Shown here in pieces: positions 16,743-23,546 of a stretch of 32,000 bases of DNA; the stretch's first letter is position 1; each line of letters starts with the position of its first letter. A program made the translations under genes and the position numbers. Where the stretch lies: NCBI RefSeq assembly GCF_000020385.1, contig NC_010814.1, positions 960,001-992,000 on the forward strand, given 5' to 3'. The notes under the pieces were generated by a model that ran no database searches, was not told the DNA's origin, and worked only from the letters and a program-made list of their open reading frames with translations. Source of the stretch: Trichlorobacter lovleyi SZ. Lineage in GTDB: Bacteria; Desulfobacterota; Desulfuromonadia; Geobacterales; Pseudopelobacteraceae.

Positions 16743-16910
16743 TCAGGCCTTTTTGTCCAGTTCAATGGCCTCTTTGCCCTCGCTTGCTTCTTTGAAATTA
16801 CGGATTCCTTTACCGACGGCCCGACCAACTTCAGGCAGTTTTCCTGCGCCGAAGATCACCAGCACGATTGACATGATGACGATAAGCTCCGGCATTCCAA
16901 AACCGAACAT
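16743..16910 (-). CDS. tatA: Twin-arginine translocase subunit TatA/E (55 aa)
   Basis: Below the ORF-track size cutoff. Own translation: [55 protein letters not shown]. This is the canonical TatA pattern of a TM helix, FG hinge and amphipathic helix. A GGAGGAG RBS lies 8 nt upstream. Confidence 0.9.
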   Translation of the reverse strand: MFGFGMPELIVIMSIVLVIFGAGKLPEVGRAVGKGIRNFKEASEGKEAIELDKKA

Positions 16911-16963
16911 AATTTATTCTCCTCCAGGGTGATTTGTTGTAACCATTCCGACATTAAGCGGCC

Positions 16964-17482
16964 TTAGGGCAGTTTGAAATTGAAGGTGTGGCACTGCACG
17001 CAAAAGTTTTCACCCTTGGCATGCTGGTGGTGGCAGACGTTGCAGTCCAGCGCCGTTCCGTAATGGGGTGAGGTATGCGGGTTTTGAGGTTTTACCCCGG
17101 CGGTTTTCTCTGCCAGTCTGGCCGGCTCATGGCACGCTTCACAGACAGCGGCTTCAACCGGGGTCTGTTTCTTGGCCTTACCGTGGCATTTGACACAGGT
17201 GACACCGGCCAACTGGTGTCTGTGGCTGAGTGGCAGCTTTCCTGATAGACTTGTCGGTGAATCTTTGGTGTGGCACTCCCGGCAGGCGCTGAGCGCCATT
17301 TTGGCGGTTTTGACGTGTCCATCCGGCAGCACCTTGTCCTTGCCGTGGCAGGCGCTGCAGTTGTCCGGTTTGGCGGAGGTCAGGCGCTTGGGGGCTGCAA
17401 ACGCAGGCAGGGCAACAAGCAGGGTGAGCGCTGCTGCCGTGCACAGCGCGGCAGATCTGGCTGGAATGAAGGTCGTGTACAT
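16964..17482 (-). CDS. Periplasmic hexahaem c-type cytochrome (C-terminal half homologous to the flavocytochrome c3 cytochrome domain)
   Basis: Signal peptide ..LTLLVALPAFAA. Six CXXCH motifs: CSACH, CRECH, CVKCH, CEACH, CNVCH, CVQCH. The tail NPHTSPHYG..CNVCHHQH..CVQCHTFNF parallels the 22845-23213 product. Confidence 0.9.
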   Translation of the reverse strand: MYTTFIPARSAALCTAAALTLLVALPAFAAPKRLTSAKPDNCSACHGKDKVLPDGHVKTAKMALSACRECHTKDSPTSLSGKLPLSHRHQLAGVTCVKCHGKAKKQTPVEAAVCEACHEPARLAEKTAGVKPQNPHTSPHYGTALDCNVCHHQHAKGENFCVQCHTFNFKLP

Positions 17483-17567
17483 GGTTGAAGCACTCCTGAA
17501 AAATGGAATTTTAAGCTCTTACAACGTCTTCAGTCGTTACTGAAACTGATCAGGAACCATGGAAATA

Positions 17568-17668
17568 GCACGCGGATGACACGGATCAGGCGGATATACA
17601 CGGATTTTAAACCGTCTGTTTTCTGAAAATCAGCGTAAATCCGCCAAAATCAGATTTGATCCGCGTGC
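17568..17668. repeat. ~100-nt imperfect palindrome with CGGAT/ATCCG iterations in the flavoprotein-cytochrome intercistronic gap
   Basis: Outer arms GCACGCGGAT (17568-17577) / ATCCGCGTGC (17659-17668). Internal GCGGATGACACGGATCAGGCGGATATACACGGAT contains four CGGAT units, answered by AAATCCGCC and GATCCGCG. Confidence 0.6.
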
Positions 17669-17703
17669 TAATGTCTTTAACTTTACCTGGGTCCGACAGG
17701 CTC

Positions 17704-19257
17704 CTAGCCCCAGTTCTTTTCTTTGGCTGCGTTCTTTCCGGCGATCCTGCCGAAGACAACACAATCGAGCATGGCACAGGTACCGAGGCGCACGGCACCA
17801 TGTACCCCGCCGGTCACTTCGCCGGCAGCGTACAGCCCTTTGATCGGCTTGAGGTTGAAGCCTTTGACCTGGGCATTTTTGTCAATCACCAGACCGCCCA
17901 TGCAATGATGTACCCGCGGCCAGAGCCGGCAGGCATAAAACGGGGCTACGACCGTCGGGGTGGTCTCCGGGAAGATCTTGCAGTTGAAGTCAGGATCCTT
18001 TCTCTTTTCTACATAGGAGTTCCATTTGGCGATTTCTTCCTTGAGCGCAGCCAGGGGAATGCCGTAGTTGGCAGCCAGTTCTTCGATGGTATCAAACCTT
18101 TTGATTGCACCGTTGGCCATCCCTTTTTCCAGGGTGTGTGACAGTACCTGCCGTTTGACGTTTACTGCATCGCCGAAGATGATGGTCGGGTAGCCCAGTG
18201 CCATCATGGCATCGGCCCGTACCTTGCGGTTACCGGTTTCCTGAATGAAGCGCCTGCCGGTTTTGGGGTCAATCATCGGCCCGTAGCCCACCAGACGTTC
18301 ACAAAACTGCGGGACATGTCCGAAGCCCTTTTCATCGGGACTGGTCCAAGGGCCCATCTGGATCCAGTCCATCTGTACATCCATGGCACCTGCCCGGCAG
18401 GCGGCCAGGGTGGCCTCGCCGGTGGCGCCCGGATGGTTGGTGGAGTCAAAGCGGCTGTCAATCCGGGGGTCCTGGATCTGGCGCAGTTCAACGTTCTGGG
18501 AGAAGCCGCCTGATGCCAGTACCACCGCCTTGCGGGCCTTTACGAAGCTTGCCTTGCCGGACCTGTCATCAGGAAATTTGTAGCCCTTTCTGATCTCCAG
18601 GCCGACAACCCGCCCCTCTTTGTTGGTGATCAGGCGTTCCATCTTGGTGGTAAACTGGAATTTGACCCCCATGGATTTGGCCTTGGCAAACAGCGGATTG
18701 ACCAGGCCTGAACCGGATGCATTATCGGTCTGGACCGACCGCTTGACCGAGTGGCCACCATGAAAGACCAGCTTGACAAACCTGGCCCCCACAAAGTTCT
18801 GACACCAGTCAAGCGCTTCACCGGACTGCTCGGCAATGGTACGGGCCAGTTCAGGGTGGTTCAGGTTTGAACCGGCCTTCAGCAGGTCTTTCATGAACAG
18901 CTCAGGCGAATCCTGAATACCGGCCTCTTTCTGCCACTTGGTGCCTGCAACCGCCATCTCTCCGCCGTTGATGATTGAGTTGCCGCCATGGGTACGCATT
19001 TTCTCAATCACCAGTACCTCGGCACCGGCATGCCTGGCCTCAATGGCTGCTGACAAACCGGCAAAGCCGGTCCCGACAACGATAACGTCATAGGTCTCAT
19101 CCCACTTCTTCGGCATCTCGCCACAGGCCGCCTCTGCCTGCCGGACTGTGGCGGCCAGTCCGGTCATGGCCAGACCGGCCGCTGCTGCAACTGCCCCGGT
19201 GGTTTTCAGGAAGCTTCTGCGGGTTACTTCGGATTCCTGGCTGATTTCGTCACTCAT
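17704..19257 (-). CDS. Tat-exported FAD flavoprotein of the fumarate reductase/flavocytochrome-c (FAD_binding_2) family, haem domain absent
   Basis: I place the start at ATG 19257 (MSDEISQESEVTRRSFLKTTGAVAAAAGLAMTGLAATVRQAEA, a twin-arginine signal) with a GGGAGG RBS. DVIVVGTGFAGLSAA is the FAD dinucleotide fold. RVHHCMGGLVID parallels the HHTMGG motif of Shewanella Fcc3. Confidence 0.88.
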   Translation of the reverse strand: MSDEISQESEVTRRSFLKTTGAVAAAAGLAMTGLAATVRQAEAACGEMPKKWDETYDVIVVGTGFAGLSAAIEARHAGAEVLVIEKMRTHGGNSIINGGEMAVAGTKWQKEAGIQDSPELFMKDLLKAGSNLNHPELARTIAEQSGEALDWCQNFVGARFVKLVFHGGHSVKRSVQTDNASGSGLVNPLFAKAKSMGVKFQFTTKMERLITNKEGRVVGLEIRKGYKFPDDRSGKASFVKARKAVVLASGGFSQNVELRQIQDPRIDSRFDSTNHPGATGEATLAACRAGAMDVQMDWIQMGPWTSPDEKGFGHVPQFCERLVGYGPMIDPKTGRRFIQETGNRKVRADAMMALGYPTIIFGDAVNVKRQVLSHTLEKGMANGAIKRFDTIEELAANYGIPLAALKEEIAKWNSYVEKRKDPDFNCKIFPETTPTVVAPFYACRLWPRVHHCMGGLVIDKNAQVKGFNLKPIKGLYAAGEVTGGVHGAVRLGTCAMLDCVVFGRIAGKNAAKEKNWG

Positions 19258-19375
19258 ACGACATACCTCCCTCGTGAAGTTGGCCCTGGCGGGCTGCATC
19301 TGACAAAACTGACTCTGCTGCAGGCGGTTGCCCGGCACACCGGTCCGGCATCCGGGTCATGCTGTAACGTCTGAT

Positions 19376-19391
19376 AGCAGTTCCTGTGCCA
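19376..19391 (-). promoter_or_regulatory. Sigma-54 (-24/-12) promoter of the flavoprotein / 6-haem cytochrome / tatA operon
   Basis: The minus strand reads TGGCACAGGAACTGCT, about 119 nt upstream of ATG 19257. It lies in the divergent region shared with the sigma-54 activator gene. Confidence 0.75.
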
Positions 19392-19502
19392 GTGGTGTGC
19401 ACACTGTAACATACTGAAAATGCTGGATGTCTGTTTTTGGTGCTTGACGCAACACTTTAATTTTGCGAAACGGATTTTAAAATTTGAAGTGTAGGGGCAG
19501 CC

Positions 19503-21140
19503 ATGAAGACCTCACAACTTGATTTCAGGGAACTGCTGTCGTTTAACCCCCAGGGGGGGGTGATCCGTTTTCTCGGCCAACGGGCCTACCTGGTCGATGC
19601 AACTGCCCAGGGGCTGCAGCGCAAAGAGTTTATTGATGCCTTCGGGCCGGAGATGGTGCGCACCATTGTCACCCGCTCGGCCTATGCCCACGGCTGGCGG
19701 GTTGCCGAGACCGTCAAGACCGAGTTGCCGGAGGTCTGGGCCGAGGCAAAGGAAGGCAAGCTGGGACCGATGCTGTGCGCCCTGTACGGCTTCGGGGAGA
19801 TTGTCAGCAGCCGGCGCACCGATGGCCTGGGGGATGAACCACTGGTTGAAACCGTGTTGAAGGATTCGTTTGAGGCTGAGCAGCATCTGATGCTGTCGGG
19901 GGGATCTGATGAAGCGGTCTGCTGGCGCTACACCGCCTTTGCCAGCGGCTATGTATCGCGGGTGCAGGGCCGTGAGGTGTACTTCATTGAGGACAGCTGC
20001 CGCGCCAAAGGTGATGACTACTGCCGGATCAAAGGCAGGTACCTTGAACAGTGGGGGGACGAGATCAAGCCGTACCTGCCCTATTATCAGACCAAGAATG
20101 TGGAGTCCATTTGTGCTGAACTGCGCAGGAAGCTGCAGGCAACGGAAAAACGCCTCAAGCATTACCAGCGCGATATGGCCTTTCTGCATAATGAGTGCGA
20201 AGAAGGTAACTGCTATCCTGTTTCCCGCAGCAGTGTCATGCAGAAGGTGCTTGATTTTGCCTGGCTGCTGGCAGAGGTGGATTCTTCAGTCCTGATCACC
20301 GGTGAGAGCGGTGTCGGTAAGGAGCGGATGGCACTTCAGATCCATTCCCGGTCGCCGCGCTCCAACAAGCCGTTTCTGGCGGTCAACTGTGGCGCCCTGA
20401 GCGAAACGCTGCTTGACAGTGAACTGTTCGGCCATGCCAAGGGGGCCTTTACCGGAGCAGACCGGGATCGCATCGGGCTCTTTGAGGCTGCAGCCGGAGG
20501 GACCCTGTTTCTTGATGAGGTGGGGGAGGTCTCTCCGTCCATGCAGGTCAAGTTGCTGCGGGCGCTGCAGGAAAGGGAAATCCGCCGTGTAGGCGAGAGT
20601 CAGCCGCGAAAGATCGATGTACGGATTATCTCTGCCACCAACCGCAATCTGCAGGAGGCCGTGGCATCCGGCGGCTTCCGGCAGGATCTGTTTTATCGCC
20701 TGAAGGTGATCGAACTGCATATCCCGCCACTGCGTGAACGGACCGAAGATATTCTGCCCCTTGCCCGCTGCATTCTGAATGCCCTGACAAAGGTTATGGG
20801 CAAAAATGTGACCGGCTTTAGCCACCAGGCGGCTGATAACCTGTTGTGCTACGAGTGGCCGGGCAATATCCGTGAGCTGCAGAACGCCATTGAATATGCA
20901 CTGGTCCTCTGTCGCAGCAATCAGATCGATGCCGAAGATCTGCCTGCCGAGGTTCGCAATTCACTCTTCAGGCCGACGGCTGTGAGCGGCATCAGATCCC
21001 TTGAGGCGATCGAGCGGGATTATATCCTTTCCGTACTGGCGGTTCAGGGGAACAATAAGGCCCGTACCGCAGAAAAACTTGAGATCAGTCTGGCGACCCT
21101 GTACAGGAAGTTGCGGGAATACGGTATGATGGATCGCTGA
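19503..21140 (+). CDS. Sigma-54-dependent transcriptional activator, XylR/DmpR type (XylR_N + V4R sensor, AAA+ core, Fis-type HTH)
   Basis: 545 aa. The N-terminus ..GVIRFLGQRAYLVDATAQGLQRKEFID.. and the ..AKGDDYCRIKG (V4R-like) segment resemble the XylR/DmpR A-domain. Walker A is GESGVGKE. The GAFTGA motif occurs as GHAKGAFTGA. C-terminal HTH: ARTAEKLEISLATLYRKLREYG. Confidence 0.9.
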   Translation: MKTSQLDFRELLSFNPQGGVIRFLGQRAYLVDATAQGLQRKEFIDAFGPEMVRTIVTRSAYAHGWRVAETVKTELPEVWAEAKEGKLGPMLCALYGFGEIVSSRRTDGLGDEPLVETVLKDSFEAEQHLMLSGGSDEAVCWRYTAFASGYVSRVQGREVYFIEDSCRAKGDDYCRIKGRYLEQWGDEIKPYLPYYQTKNVESICAELRRKLQATEKRLKHYQRDMAFLHNECEEGNCYPVSRSSVMQKVLDFAWLLAEVDSSVLITGESGVGKERMALQIHSRSPRSNKPFLAVNCGALSETLLDSELFGHAKGAFTGADRDRIGLFEAAAGGTLFLDEVGEVSPSMQVKLLRALQEREIRRVGESQPRKIDVRIISATNRNLQEAVASGGFRQDLFYRLKVIELHIPPLRERTEDILPLARCILNALTKVMGKNVTGFSHQAADNLLCYEWPGNIRELQNAIEYALVLCRSNQIDAEDLPAEVRNSLFRPTAVSGIRSLEAIERDYILSVLAVQGNNKARTAEKLEISLATLYRKLREYGMMDR

Positions 21141-21168
21141 ACCAGGATCGGGAGAAGCGGCGGAGATA

Positions 21169-21211
21169 CAGCAAAGCCCCTGCGGAGTGCGACTCCACAG
21201 GGGCTTTGCTG
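21169..21211. terminator. Bidirectional rho-independent terminator between the convergent activator and flavoprotein-2 genes
   Basis: Perfect 14-bp stem CAGCAAAGCCCCTG / CAGGGGCTTTGCTG with a 15-nt loop and T-containing flanks on both strands. Confidence 0.8.
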
Positions 21212-21236
21212 TTCAGGCCTGTTTGAAACCGGTTTT

Positions 21237-22772
21237 TTACTGCTTGATATATTTGACCGCATGCTCCGCTGCAAAACGGCCGGAGTTGATGGCGTAGCCG
21301 GCGGTGCCGCCGCCCAGCAACAGGTCGTAGGAGTCGCCATACATACCACCGGAGTCGGTACCAACGGCGTAGAGGCCGGGGATCGGGTCACCGCTTGTCT
21401 TGACCACCTGGTTGTTGGCCGTTACTTTCATGCCGCCCAGAGTACCCAGGTGACGGGGGGTCAGCTTGGTGGCATAGAAGGGACCGGTGGCCACTTTACG
21501 CAAGAATTTTGGATCTTTGCCAAACTCGGCATCTTTACGGGTATCGGCTGCTGTGTTCATCCTGGCAACACTGGCCTGCAGCACTTCAGGCTTCATGTTC
21601 AGCTGCTTGGCCAGCTCTTCGATGGTGTCGGCCTTGAAAACGTTGCCACGCTTGCGGGCCAGTTCTTTGTTAAAGGCATCTTCCCACTTGACCAGTTTGG
21701 TGCCTGCCAGAACCCACTCGCCCAGAGGCATTTCAATCCCCTGTTCAACGGCCATCTTGCGGGTTGCATCATCATAGATGGCGTAGGCAACACCACCGAC
21801 ACGGACCAGGGAGTTATTGGAGTAAGGCCAGAAGACGATGTTGGACTCGTCGGTATAGCGCTCACCACGGGGGGTGACCCAGAAATAGGGTTGTACTGCC
21901 AGGGCGATCATCTGGTCGGCCGGGTGGAAGCCGGGCAGACCGGGCCGGTAGCCCTGTACTGTGTTCATGCCCTCAAGATCGGCACCTGCCTTGATGCCCA
22001 TCGTGATGCCGTCGCCATCCTTACCGATGTTACCCACCGGGGTGATGTCGGGATACTCGGGATAGTACTTCTTCATCATCTCCTTGTTGCTGGAGAAACC
22101 GCCGGTAGCAATAACAACCGCCTTGGCATTGATGCGGATCTTCTCGCCGGACTTGTCCTTGGCCCAGACACCAACGACCTTGCCGTTGTCCATGATCAGG
22201 TCAGTACCGGGGGTTTGCAGCAGGATCTGTCCACCTTTGTCGGTAACATACTTGCTGAACACATTGATGATCCGCTCGCAGTGGTAGTCCTTCTTGTTTT
22301 TGCCGGAGAGATAGTCCGGACCCGGAGCAATTACATGCCAGGTCAGGGGGCCGCCATGGCCGCCGACACCGATATATTCAATCTTGATCCCCATTGAGTC
22401 CAGCCAGTCAACGGTTTCAGCCGAGCGATCCACAAAATGTTTTGCCAGCGCGGAATTGGCCTTCCAGTGGCTGTATTCCATGATCAGCTTGTAGGCAAAA
22501 TCCTTGGTGACATTGATGCCGATCCTTTTTTGCAGCTTGCTCTCTGCAGCAAAGACACCCTCACAGAACAGCCCGGTGCCGCCTACCTTGGCCTGCTTCT
22601 CAAGCACTACCACCTTGGCTCCCAGTTGGGTTGCCTGGGTAGCTGCCGACAGCCCCGAAAGGCCGCCGCCGACAACTGCAATGTCCGTTTCCATAGTCTT
22701 TTCGGCATAGGCCGGTAGCGCACATGCCACCAACAATGCTGCCGAAGCGATACTGCTCCACAGTCTCTTCAT
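21237..22772 (-). CDS. Sec-signal-bearing periplasmic FAD-dependent oxidoreductase (FAD_binding_2 family, KstD/flavocytochrome-like, divergent from 17704-19257)
   Basis: Signal MKRLWSSIASAALLVACALPAYA has no RR motif. DIAVVGGGLSGLSAA is the FAD fold. RHLGTLGGMKV occupies the position where paralog 1 has HHCMGG. Confidence 0.85.
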   Translation of the reverse strand: MKRLWSSIASAALLVACALPAYAEKTMETDIAVVGGGLSGLSAATQATQLGAKVVVLEKQAKVGGTGLFCEGVFAAESKLQKRIGINVTKDFAYKLIMEYSHWKANSALAKHFVDRSAETVDWLDSMGIKIEYIGVGGHGGPLTWHVIAPGPDYLSGKNKKDYHCERIINVFSKYVTDKGGQILLQTPGTDLIMDNGKVVGVWAKDKSGEKIRINAKAVVIATGGFSSNKEMMKKYYPEYPDITPVGNIGKDGDGITMGIKAGADLEGMNTVQGYRPGLPGFHPADQMIALAVQPYFWVTPRGERYTDESNIVFWPYSNNSLVRVGGVAYAIYDDATRKMAVEQGIEMPLGEWVLAGTKLVKWEDAFNKELARKRGNVFKADTIEELAKQLNMKPEVLQASVARMNTAADTRKDAEFGKDPKFLRKVATGPFYATKLTPRHLGTLGGMKVTANNQVVKTSGDPIPGLYAVGTDSGGMYGDSYDLLLGGGTAGYAINSGRFAAEHAVKYIKQ

Positions 22773-22844
22773 ATCTTCCTCCTGTGTTGGGTGTAGGTCC
22801 CTGAACGGCCGTGGCCAGGGACGTGAAAACTGTCTGCAAACCAG

Positions 22845-23213
22845 CTATTTAGGTACAAAATCAAAGGTGTGGCACTGTCCGCAGACCAGTTCTGACGGCT
22901 TGTGGGTGCGGTGGCAATCGGTACAGTTGATCGGCCCCATATGGGATTCGTGTGGATTGGCATGGGCCTCTTTGTCTGCCGGGTTGGCGATATGCTTCGG
23001 TTTTGTTTTTGCGGCCAGTTGTTCGTAACTGCCGTGGCAGGATAGGCATGCCTCGTTGGTTGGACCTGCCTGTGGCGCATCGGTCTTGTGGCAATCAGCA
23101 CACTTGAAGCCCATGGTGGCATGGGGGCCGCCAACAGTGAGTGCGTTGGCGCCGGCTACCGTGACGGTGAGCAGGGTCAAAATAAAGAACAGCTTGAATG
23201 GGATTCTGAACAT
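22845..23213 (-). CDS. Periplasmic tetrahaem c-type cytochrome (flavocytochrome c3 cytochrome-domain homolog as a stand-alone protein)
   Basis: Signal peptide plus four CXXCH motifs: CADCH, CLSCH, CTDCH, CGQCH. NPHESHMGPINCTDCH..CGQCHTFDF matches the Fcc3-type haem domain pattern. Confidence 0.9.
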   Translation of the reverse strand: MFRIPFKLFFILTLLTVTVAGANALTVGGPHATMGFKCADCHKTDAPQAGPTNEACLSCHGSYEQLAAKTKPKHIANPADKEAHANPHESHMGPINCTDCHRTHKPSELVCGQCHTFDFVPK

Positions 23214-23319
23214 GAGAGTTTACCTCCTGGGATTTTATATTTTGATGGTGCGATCACCTGCGTGCCCCCGGATACACGTAAGGAGCGGTGTAGGGATAAT
23301 GCACCTGTAGAAAACATTC

Positions 23320-23335
23320 TGCAGATGGTGTGCCA
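23320..23335 (-). promoter_or_regulatory. Sigma-54 (-24/-12) promoter of the 4-haem cytochrome / flavoprotein-2 operon
   Basis: The minus strand reads TGGCACACCATCTGCA, about 107 nt upstream of ATG 23213. Confidence 0.75.
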
Positions 23336-23546
23336 TAAATATAACTTGCCGATATTACGTTAGTAGTATGTTTACAGGGTTGACTTGGGCTATCGAAATG
23401 ATAGGGTTATTACTGAATTGGAAGGGATCGGCTCCCGGCAAAGGGTGTACTGAAACTGCACCGGCTTTCCGGTCTTCCGGCAGGGGAGGACGCAACCCTC
23501 GTCATGGTTGAAAACGGCCTTGATCGTACAAGGATGGTGTTAGCAG

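Noticed and set aside
16404-16828. Small ORFs (66-67 aa on the minus strand, and a 31-aa plus-strand ORF at about 16473) in the tatA-porin intergenic region
   Set aside because: They have no RBS, an odd composition and no motifs. The region is better explained as the tatA 3' region plus the upstream activating region of the porin sigma-54 promoter.
21261-22397. 378-aa plus-strand ORF
   Set aside because: It is antisense to the FAD flavoprotein at 21237-22772. The sequence is a low-complexity Gly/Val/Asp-rich translation. It is a shadow ORF.
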